A DNA stretch of 63,092 nucleotides, the filler included, from Phoronis australis (lineage: Eukaryota > Animalia > Phoronida): NCBI GenBank assembly GCA_002633005.1. It is 5 parts of 5 records of this genome, joined end to end, with 100 filler letters (N's around TTAATTAATTAA, not from the genome) between each part and the next. Parts side by side here need not be neighbours in the genome. Positions count along the whole stretch, not along the records: positions 30,403 to 45,942 come from NMRA01000573.1; positions 46,043 to 56,562 come from NMRA01001750.1; 3 more parts are not named here. The stretch is one strand, 5' to 3'. The notes below the pieces were generated by a model. That model worked only from the letters and a program-made list of their open reading frames with translations. It had not been told where the DNA came from and made no database searches. Numbering within the stretch: the first letter of the stretch is position 1; each line of letters starts with the position of its first letter. Positions 40,201 to 49,677 of the stretch are shown piece after piece. Position numbers and translations under genes: made by a program.

Positions 40201-42436
40201 ACACAAGGGCAGTGGAAACTTCTCGAGGGTCAAACAATGCCACCAAGAGTCACTAAAGGATGTCTACGTGTTGACTAAGCAGGGCTCGACGCTTAGCATA
40301 GCGTTAACTCGCCAAATGCGACCAGGCAAAAGTCTCATGTTGGGAAATGAGGTAGGCAAAACAAGGAAACCATGTATGGGGTGGGGGAAACCACGTATGG
40401 GGGGAAACCACGTATGGGGGGAAACCACGTATGGGGTGGGGAAACAGTGTTCTCCACAATACCAATTCCAAACTCAACCGAATTTCTAGAGTTCAATATC
40501 AGTAGTCAACACTGTCTCTTCTCTAACGTGTCTCTGTAGGGCCTACACGTGAAAACCGCGAATTGTACTCAAAGTGCCTATTCAGCTGACAACTGTCTCA
40601 TGAATAAATAAAACTTGTTAGAAGCACGTGGCCAGGAAGCGCGCGCTACATACCTGTCACCTGTCATCGCAGACATTAGTCTTCGACAACTATCCATGAA
40701 ACTACGGGTAGCATATCCTGATATGCTGATGACACGTGTGCGCTCATTCACTCACATAAATGTCACATGACAACGACATTGTGTGTTCGTCCAGAGATTT
40801 TTCTCATGTTGCGGGTTACTATCTTTGAACCTATCTTGTTCTTAATACCGACTCCACAGGAACTTAAATCTTAGGGACACTATTTAGAAAACTTAAGTGA
40901 GGATTTCAGGTAATTTGTTGAGTCAAAACTATATTTTTATTCAAGCTGCCCTGTCAATGATCACGAGGCAGCGGTGCATCGGCGAGTTTTCGCACTAGGA
41001 TTTCAGTACAATTTTCTGTAAAATAGTAATTTAACAACGAAGGTTGATAGCAATGCAACACAGTTTGTAGAAAGTCTGTCAAAGGCTACAGATACACCAC
41101 ACAGCGTAAATTTGATGAATCCTAGCTTCTGATTTCATCCGTTTCAGAGACTGAATTTCAAGGGCCTTGGGTTGCAATAAGCGCCCAACCCCCAAAACAA
41201 ACTTTTCTAAGCGTCCCGGGCACCGTATTGGGACAAATATAGTACTGCTAACTGCCTCTTAGTAAAGAGAACTATGTTTAATGTTCACTTGGGTAAAATC
41301 ATTTTCTGATTTGATGCTGAGGGCTGAAGTGCCAAGCCAACCAAGGTTTCAAACCTGGCGCAGCAATTTTTAAACTTGACGCACTTTTCTCAAACGTGAA
41401 GTGGCAAAATCCAAACTCGTTACCGCGACAAGTCAAAACAGATCTTGGAGAACACTGCGGAAACCTTGTATGGGGTGGGGGAACCTACGTATGGGGTGGC
41501 GGGAAACCAAGTACGGGTGAGGGAAACGACGTATGGAGTGGGGGAAGCAAAGTATGGGGGGGGGAAACACTCATAGGGGTGGGGGAAAACACGTATGAGG
41601 TGGGGGAAACTGCATTTGGGGTGGGGGAAACTGCATTTGGGGTGGGGGAAGCGAAAGTACTGGCGAGAAGAAACAGTGCGTAGTTGGCAGCAACGGCAAA
41701 CAGAAAATCACAATACCTGATATGACGAAGCGACGAACTAGGCTGATAATCGCCTGAGAAGTCTACCTATAACTACTTTTTAGTTAATCTTAATCGTGAG
41801 CTCAGTAATGCCCAATTACCCCCCTCAGACCCAATAATCCAAGCAGACACATCTCCTAAAACCAGACACATTGCCTCTGCATGAGTCTAGTAACTTGGGA
41901 TTTTTGCCAGGACACCAAACAAAATTTGAGGTTGTACTTGCAACCTGCAGGTCAGCAAGTTGTAGCTAATATCTTACGATTTTTATTAGCAAATAGTGGC
42001 TTGATGCTGTTGAATGAGAATATGAACTACATTAAGTTATTAATATGTTTTGTTGTTTTTGGAAACACATAGCGTTCATTATCATGCATCTGGCACCACT
42101 TTAGCTATGAAAGGTCTCCAAACTCTGATAAAATTACCCACTGGAACTCAACTCTGTCTCTGAGTAAGCAATTTAGATTTCTAATCTCAACGAGAGACGG
42201 ACAAGAAAACTATTGTTATGAAGGCAATCCTTTCTCCTTAAATAAATTTTCATGATGGTCTCTATCATTTACAATGTGTAGCAAATCAGGTTACGTTTAA
42301 ACGAAAGTGTATACTGTGCATACTGCTATTCTGGAACTAAACATACCTGTATGACTCCAATAACGAGAAAATAAAAGTTGGCAACCCTTCGGAACTGTTC
42401 AAACAGATTCTTAGGCAGAAAATTCCAAATAGTATA
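31114..42436 (-). CDS. ATP11: Phospholipid-transporting P4-ATPase (flippase), ATP11A/B/C class; partial gene, 12 exons, 1674 nt/558 codons; N-terminal exon(s) and C-terminal half lie outside this contig
   Basis: Exons 42347-42436, 39644-39727, 38873-39109, 37829-38048, 36839-36920, 36143-36302, 34876-34957, 33984-34099, 32961-33137, 32239-32417, 31410-31552, 31114-31217 all have AG/GT borders and join in frame. Motifs in correct order: [84 protein letters not shown]. Confidence 0.96.
31410..31552 (-). CDS. ATP11: ATP11 exon: YGVVFHG...[18 protein letters not shown]
   Basis: ttacag / gtaagg, 143 nt, phase 2-1. Confidence 0.95.
32239..32417 (-). CDS. ATP11: ATP11 exon: [16 protein letters not shown]...[12 protein letters not shown]
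   Basis: ttccag / gtatgt, 179 nt, phase 0-2. Confidence 0.95.
32521..32626. mobile_element. ~106-bp MITE in ATP11 intron (related element at ~11080-11177)
   Basis: 16-bp TIR ggcaatagtcacttac / gtaagtgactattgcc. Confidence 0.7.
32961..33137 (-). CDS. ATP11: ATP11 exon: [17 protein letters not shown]... (phosphorylation site)
   Basis: ctacag / gtaagg, 177 nt, phase 0-0. Confidence 0.96.
33984..34099 (-). CDS. ATP11: ATP11 exon: [19 protein letters not shown]...SDLNEELGQ
   Basis: ttgcag / gtaaca, 116 nt, phase 1-0. Confidence 0.95.
34876..34957 (-). CDS. ATP11: ATP11 exon: [27 protein letters not shown] (TM4, PISL)
   Basis: ttgtag / gtaagt, 82 nt, phase 0-1. Confidence 0.95.
36143..36302 (-). 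CDS. ATP11: ATP11 exon: [19 protein letters not shown]... (TM3)
   Basis: ttgcag / gtaagt, 160 nt, phase 2-0. Confidence 0.92.
36839..36920 (-). CDS. ATP11: ATP11 exon: [27 protein letters not shown]
   Basis: tttcag / gtaaga, 82 nt, phase 1-2. Confidence 0.93.
37277..37789. mobile_element. hAT-like MITE with 6-bp TSD (AACAAG) in ATP11 intron
   Basis: cagggcttggaat / attccaagccctg TIRs; aacaag at 37271-37276 and 37790-37795. Confidence 0.85.
37829..38048 (-). CDS. ATP11: ATP11 exon: CFYAVQET...[14 protein letters not shown]
   Basis: ttgcag / gtgagt, 220 nt, phase 0-1. Confidence 0.94.
38873..39109 (-). CDS. ATP11: ATP11 exon: [11 protein letters not shown]...NLDGETNLK (actuator domain, DGET)
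   Basis: ttgcag / gttagt, 237 nt, phase 0-0. Confidence 0.95.
39644..39727 (-). CDS. ATP11: ATP11 exon: [28 protein letters not shown] (TM2)
   Basis: ttccag / gtgagt, 84 nt, phase 0-0. Confidence 0.93.
41460..41652 (+). repeat. G-rich ~21-bp tandem repeat (ggggtgggggaaaccacgtat); same unit at 40367-40445
   Basis: Direct inspection; the two arrays flank a nested mariner-like fragment. Confidence 0.85.
42347..42436 (-). CDS. ATP11: ATP11 exon: [30 protein letters not shown] (TM1)
   Basis: ttttctag acceptor, gtatgt donor, 90 nt, phase 0-0; not in ORF track. Confidence 0.95.
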
Positions 42437-43931
42437 CTAGAAAACAATAGAAAATGAACAATTTAGACATTCATGCAAGGAAATAAAATGACTAACATGA
42501 AGAAAATATGATGATACAACTGCTAAACAAAACATGCAAAACTCAACAAAGAAGCTTAAAACTTTTATGAGCTGTATTATAAAATTTCTTCAATTTAGAA
42601 CAGCGTACAACTGGAATTCTATTTTGTAAAATAAAATTCTGGACAAATAAATATGTTTTGATATAGACAGCCAGCATCAAGCAGTACACATTGACATTTG
42701 AAACATTTTTTAAAGAAAATACTAAACACTGGGGAAGTAGTTAGTTGTGTTGTAAGCAGTACGTAGGAGCTTCATCACTGTTACAAGACAAGAAATCAAT
42801 GCTTTCTCACAGAATACCTTAATTAGTTAATACATGTGATAGTTTCCATTTCCAAGATTCACTTGAAATCATGCCACTTAAAATATTGTCAGTGTTTCAC
42901 AGATAATTCTTCAATTTAAACTGAAGTAAAGAGTTATGAAAATTCAATTTTCAATCTTAAACCAAATAGCACATTTATTCCATGGTTCAATTTCGCGATT
43001 GTGCCAACATTATGTACAACCAGTCACAACTGTGGGGCTTGCAAGGGTGGAGCCATTGTCTTGTCAACTACATTGCGATATAAATCCAAGTTCACCTTGA
43101 AATATTGATTATCAAATTTTCCTTTTTTAATTAGATTTCAATATTCAATTTCAAAACAAGAATTGAGTAGGAAAGCTGCACACTGATCTTGGTCCATGCA
43201 TAAAAGGACCAATCGATTTTTCATTTAAAACAAATTTTTACAGAAAAATTAGAAAATCAAGCCAATTTTCAATGTTTTAATTTTTCATTCTTCAATTCCT
43301 CAAAAATATCGAAAATTAAAAATTGAGTGAATTTTATTTTCTCCACATTATTTGCAAAGTGTGGAGTTCAGAGGAGTAGAACGAGAGCAATGTCGAGTGT
43401 TGAAATGCACCCATGACAGCAACACAACTGGTGTGCTTCTATGACTGTTTGTGGTATCATAAAAATAAATGTAAAAAAACTGACACTAGGGGGTACAGCT
43501 ATAGTCAGATTTGTCTGAAACTCATTGTCATCTGATGCCATCTCTATAGGAGCCCATCTGCCAAATTTTGCAAAGATTCTTCAAAGGGCTATGGAGATAT
43601 AGCTGTAAACACAAAAAAGCAAAATTGCCTTTAGAGGCACCAGAATAAACGAAAACATCGGATCCAGAAATGAATGTCAACCGAGGTCTTTGTATCAGGA
43701 ACACAACTGTCAATTTTCATGATTCTTTGAGTGGTTTGGAAAACAGAGAGGCGGACATCAAAAATATCTGCAAGAATTTACAAGAGCAACGCGGAGCGTT
43801 GAAATGCGCCCACAATTGCACCGCATACGGTATCCTTCTAGGGTTGTTTATTGGTAATTGTTTTAACAATCTAATACGAGTAACACTGTCGTTTTATTCA
43901 ATAAATCTTGCTACTAGTTTGACATTATTAA

Positions 43932-45084
43932 ACAAGAGCAACGCAGAGCGTTGAAATGCGCCCACAATTGCACCGCATACGGTATCCTTCTAGGGTTGTT
44001 TATTGGTACCATAAAGTGGCCAGTAGAGGGCATACTTTGCAAAATGGAAAAGCATGGTCATTGTCTCCTCAATAGGCTAGGGGAAAATGTGAGTAATCTT
44101 CATAATACAAGCACATCCTATACACCAGTTGCTTAAAGCACCACAGAAACATAGAATTAAAAACAAATTTACCAACATAAGAGATTAGCACAGCATTAGA
44201 ATGCCAGAAACAAATTTCTACTTGGAACTTTCCCTTCAGTCACGAAGTAACACAAAGTATACACCTGAAGACCTATGAAAATACAGACGTCAATGTAAAA
44301 TACTAAAGTTGCCACTAGAGGCAAATACTAAAATTGCCACTAGAGGCATACCGGTGGTCAGAATCATCCTAAAGTCGTCATCGTAGACTTTTGAAGATAC
44401 AAAGGTAAGCGTAAAAAAATAAAATTGCCACTAGGGGGCACACCGGTAGTCGGATCCGTCCAAAAGTCGTCATCTTCTGTTGTTAACATCATATAAATAT
44501 ACTTACACAATTTCTTAAAGATCCTGCGAACAGTTTAGGAGATACAGCCATAGGCGCAAAAAAAGCAAAACTGCCACTAGGAGGCGCCACAGTAGTCGAA
44601 ATCGTCGAAAAATCATCGTCAACCGTCCTCTAAATAGTAAGCATATACAGGCCAATTTTCACAATCATCCTTTGAGCGGTTTGGTTGATAGAGTGGACGC
44701 ACAAAAACAGACTCAAAAACACTAAAAATGGCAACTAGGTGGCGCAAACTATGCCGAATCCAACTGAAAACGAGAGGATAGTGTCATCTCACTTATAGGT
44801 GCCTACATACCAAATTTCATGAAAATCCGTTCAAGACTTTTGAAGATACAAAGGTAAGCGTAAAAAAATAAAATTGCCACTTGGGGGCACACCGGTAGTC
44901 GGATCCGTCCGAAAGTTCGCACATGCCGTTCCATTCATGAATGGAACATATGTGCCAAATTTCATGAACCTATGTCAAAGGGTATTGGAGATAAAGCAGC
45001 GGACGCCGGACGAACGCCGCCCGGACGGACGGACGGAGATGACGGCATAATGCGTCCACATATAAATATGTGGGCGCATAAAAA
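43932..45084 (-). mobile_element. HINE with both ends intact (Helentron/DINE-1-like architecture)
   Basis: Minus strand: TTTTT-ATGCGCCCACA subTIR with partial IR hairpin, (GTCC)n, ~147-bp tandem units, TGTGGGCGCAT subTIR, CAACGC-TCT-GCGTTG hairpin, CTCTTGT-TT. Confidence 0.88.
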
Positions 45085-45653
45085 TTCACTAAGCTCCTTC
45101 AAAGGTTCAGGAGCTTTGGCTGCAAATGCAAAAAATAAAATTTCCACTAGGACGCGACACAGAAGCTGGACACATCTAAAAATTAACTTCAGTGATGGTC
45201 TTCTCATCAGGAACACATCTGTAAATTCTCATAATGACCCTTTAAGTGATATGGCAGATAGGGAAGTGGGTGCCAGAAAACAGATACAAAAATAACAAAA
45301 ATGGCCAACAGGTGATGCAGAAAACAACAAATCTGTCTAAAAATGGAATGGCGTAATCTCCTTAATAGAAACTTATTTGGCAAATTTCATAAAAATACAT
45401 TGCAGAAATCCAAAGGGAACGCAATAGCATTTGGATCAATTTAACACTCGTTACTGTTTGTCAAGGGCTCCATAGGAATACATCTTTCAAATTTCAAAAA
45501 GCGCCTTCAAAAGGTTAAGGAGATTCGACTGCAGACACAAAAACAAAATCTCCACTAGGAGTCGACACAGTAGTCGGATGCGTCCGAAAGTCAACTTCAG
45601 TCACGGTCTTCTCATCCAGAACACGTTTGTAGATTCTCACAATGATCCTTTAA

Positions 45654-45942
45654 AGGCGAAGGCAACCTTTTTCCATGTCATTTTGAGCTAAAATAAGGTT
45701 GGTTGGTTATCCTAAACATATTTTCCACTTAATTACAGCTTTTCGTAATTTTATTAATTACTCGTCCGCTACTGCGGAAGTGACGTTTTAGGAGGCAAGC
45801 ATTTCGCGCCAATTTCTTTTCATATAGTCTGACTGCGAGAGCTGCAGAGTCAGTCATTGTTCTAGCTCGGTTGTTTTAAGTTCTGTCGTCGTTTGCTTTC
45901 ATTTACAAGTCAGTCAACATGCCACACTGTTGCTGGGTACCG
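45654..45942. mobile_element. Kolobok copy 3 (opposite orientation, cut by contig end)
   Basis: TTAA at 45650-45653, same TIR, THAP start MPHCCWVP at 45919. Confidence 0.85.
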
Positions 45943-46042
45943 NNNNNNNNNNNNNNNNNNNNNNNNNNNNNNNNNNNNNNNNNNNNTTAATTAATTAANN
46001 NNNNNNNNNNNNNNNNNNNNNNNNNNNNNNNNNNNNNNNNNN
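45943..46042. other. Artificial contig spacer
   Basis: N44-TTAATTAATTAA-N44. Confidence 0.95.
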
Positions 46043-47673
46043 TACAAAGATTACACCCTGGCCCAATTCTTTAGTTTTATGTACTTCCGGATATGCTCAT
46101 TGTTGTGCCGCGTGACTGACTCATGATTTTAGAATGGAATTCCATGCGCGCCATGTTCGAATTTCAGGCGTGTTGACGAACCACAATAGCATCAATGGTT
46201 TTTCGACGCGTTTTTGACATGCTGAGGGTTTGTTGGCTCTTCTCCGTAAGGGAAAAGTCCAATCACGGCAACTTCGTTATTGAGATGTGCCGTCAACAAC
46301 ATTGTGACGTGCGGACATTGCGCAATACACGGCCTCTGCAAAAATAAATGTTGATGAAATGGAAATGACTGTCAAAGAATATAAGAACATGTAGGAAACA
46401 CATTTATACTTGCACAGTGGTTCGCTGTTGTACATTTGGAGAGCGGAAAATAGAACGCATGCTGTTTTTTAAGTTTATTGTGCCATATACTTAGAAAATC
46501 TTCTCGTCGACGTTAAAAATGGAGTTATAGAGAGAAGCCTACACTTGTCTCAGGTTCATGACATAGGCAAAACCTCTTGATAACTTCGTCAAAATCCCGA
46601 GGCTGGTCCCGTCAAACTGTCATTTCCATAAACAATTCAGGTGTCCAATGGTCATTTCTTTCGAAGACTTGAAAACACCTCCACATTGATTAAGGCGTTA
46701 TAGACCATGATGGTAATTGGTCCTTTTGTGATCGAAGGCGTGTTTATTGCTGCTTTAAACTGGATTAGATTGTTGACTACGTTGGTACTTTTCGGAGTGC
46801 ACGATAAAACCTATGCAATGAAAGGTTATTTTCATCGCAAAATATGATAATTTCTCAATTCTTCTGTCAAACCTAATCTAGGAGTGACACATCTGTTCTC
46901 GCAAACAAATAAGCGATACGACTAATTAAAATTAAGAATATATTAGTATATGATATTTGTCACGACCGCCTTACCCGCGTAGGTCCGATTGTTTGCAGCA
47001 CGTGCTAATAAGCTGAGACACGTAGACGTCAACACCAGCAGTCCAGCTGAGCCGTGGCGCATTTCTACAATTAGATAGCAACGGGGGTAATAAGTTTGAT
47101 TTGAGGGACTGCATTAGAATTACAAAGTCATGCCAGGTGATCAACCAAAAAGGTAATTTGCACCCATGTCTCGTCTTGTGCGGCTATTACCATGATGTAA
47201 ATAAAAGCGGTGAAATTCATTTATTATTCTGTAACAGTATAGATAGTCTTGTAAGCCATCAATACAAACAACGTGCTGTGGTGATCACAGACCGTCGAAA
47301 ATATAACACCACCCCCGTTATCACACGAGACTTAATGTTGCTTCTTAGCTGGCTAAAAAACAAATAAGGTTTTACTTTCACAAAATCGGTCTTAAATAGT
47401 CTTTACATTGATTTCCGTTACCAAGTCAGACCACAGGAATGCTGTGCGTACGCAGCGTTTTCTTGAATCACAGATGGTTTCTATGTTCTTCTTCATAAAA
47501 AGAATAGATTCCTACTACTGTAACGAAAACTACCACACCGATTTTATGAGACTGAGTAAACGGCAAAATTAGATTTCGTTTCTTTAACCAGAAATACAAC
47601 TTATTACAAGGCTAAAGAAGTTTTAGTGCCGTCCACACTGTGATCGAGTTGCAACAGAACAACTTATTCCTAG

Positions 47674-49677
47674 TGTTGTGATGTTATAGTTTTCTATGAC
47701 GTCATCCTTTTGTGACGTCATTCTTAATTCCTGTCAATATATTTTACATTTCTTTTATATGTTTCTGCTTCTTTCTATTACAGAAACAGAACATATTTTG
47801 GCGTAGTTGCCAAGATATAAAAAAGATGGGTGAGTTGGATGGCATTATTTCGTTATTACAACAACAAATCAACCAACAGTAAGGGAATCATCAGAGTTTT
47901 GCTGAGATGATCACTAGTAGGCTGATGCACCAACCAACGACATCTACGCCAATTTTTGGTGCGTTCGACAGTTCAGTGGAACTCTGGAAGGATTATTGGT
48001 CCAGATTCCAAGCATTTGCAGGGGCACACTCCATACCAATGGAAAAACGTACACAAACTTTCTTGACGAATCAGACGTCTACAGTTTGAAAGTTGCTTGC
48101 AACTTTGGCAGAGCAGCAGACACCTTTCAAGGACATCAATCAACTGACAATCAATGAAATTACAACATTTATGGAGAATCAATTCGATTCAAAGTATTTT
48201 GTAGTCCGGGAGCGATTCAAAATTATTTTGGTCTAACACAAGAAGACATCCAGGTGAGACAATACAGGAGTTAGCAGCAAATGCGATTTTACAACCATAA
48301 AGGATCCTCAGGATGAAGCTATGAGAACTAGATTTATTTGTTCAATTAACAATGAGGCGGTCCTAAAAGCCCTTTTTAAAATAAAAGATAACGAATTATC
48401 TTCTAAGAAAGCCATAGACATAGCAACAGAAATTGAAGAGGCGTCCAAAGTTGCAAAAGACACGGTTTACGGAGATCCAGTGCTTAAGTTACAAAAGAAA
48501 AGGAGGGAAGAAATCAGGCAGGGCAAAGCACAGAAGTTTAGGGATATTCCAAAGGGAACATGTCCCCGTTGTGAAAAAAAGTCCACTCGACAATGGATTG
48601 TCGTTTTAAAGAGACTGAATGCCGTTTCTGTCACAAGAAAGGTCATATAGAGGCTGTATGTCTAAGCAAAAGAAAGGCTAGGGATAAAGTAAGCAGTATT
48701 TTAGCAAGGCCAGAACAGAAAGTTAATCACATTTCTGATTGAGATTGTTGTTCGCATATGCGGCAAAAACCAGACCGTCTTGACGTAGATACTGGATCAC
48801 CGGACAATTTCATTTCGGAGAAGATTTGGTTTAAACCTGGAAAACCTGTTTTGTCTCCATCACACAGTCAGTATTTCGCGGCAAATGAAAAACCATTACC
48901 AGTTTTGGGAATTTTCAGTACAAACACAACATTACAGTACGATTCGCAGCATACAGCAGACATTGAATTAGTAGAAAACAAAACACGATTTGAATATTGG
49001 TGGCCGAACGGCAGTTCGACAGCTAAAGATTGATGTCACTTCACTCTGTAGGAATTCCATTTTGCGTGATGACAACCAAAATGACAAAGTTGGTGTTGCT
49101 TGTCATGAGGACAAAAAAGTGATGTAGCGTTTCAGCACGCGTGCAAAATCATCTGCGATGAATTTCCAGACCTATTCAAACCTGAACTGGGATGTTTAAA
49201 AGGTTTCGAATTAGATGTAAAATTCAAGCCTGATGTCCAACAAATATTTTGCAAACCTCCCACAGTACCTTTTGCATTACTGGATGACTTGAATCTGGCA
49301 TATGATGCTGGTATTAAACGTGGAATTTGGGAACCTGCACAATTCAACGAGTATGGAACACCAGTTGTCCCTATAGGAAAAGCACCGCTTCCTGGCCAAA
49401 GTAAACGCAAATTAAGAGTATGCGGAGATTACTCAGTAATGATAAATCCTGCCAACTACGCCAAAATCTGTTATGTTTTTGTAATAGAAAGAAGCATAAA
49501 CGTATAAAAAAGGATTGCGTATCCATTTCCGCGTGGTCTTTTTTTCCACATGTTCCCTTTGGAATATCCCTAAACTTCTGTGCTTTGCCCTGCCTGCTTC
49601 CTTCCCTCCTTTTCTTTTGTAACTTAAGCACTGGATCCCCGTAAACCTTTTCTTCTTTCTATTACAAAAACATAACA
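47674..49677 (+). mobile_element. Rearranged Ty3/Gypsy (Mag-like) LTR retrotransposon: 5' LTR 47674-47793, tRNA-Ser PBS 47799-47816, decayed gag (two CCHC), protease (VDTGS), RT N-terminus
   Basis: TG...CA ends, CCTAG duplicated at 47669-47673 and 49678-49682; FDSSVELWKDYWSRF, RTRFICSINNEAVLKALF, CRFCHKKGHIEAVC, TPVVP..KLRVCGDYSVMINP. Confidence 0.92.

Noticed and set aside
46958-47310. Possible solo LTR starting TGTCACG with AATAAA
   Set aside because: No matching TSD, PBS or second copy found.
49446-49463. tRNA-Ser 3'-end sequence as a tRNA gene
   Set aside because: Only 18 nt including CCA; it is an inverted retrotransposon primer-binding site.
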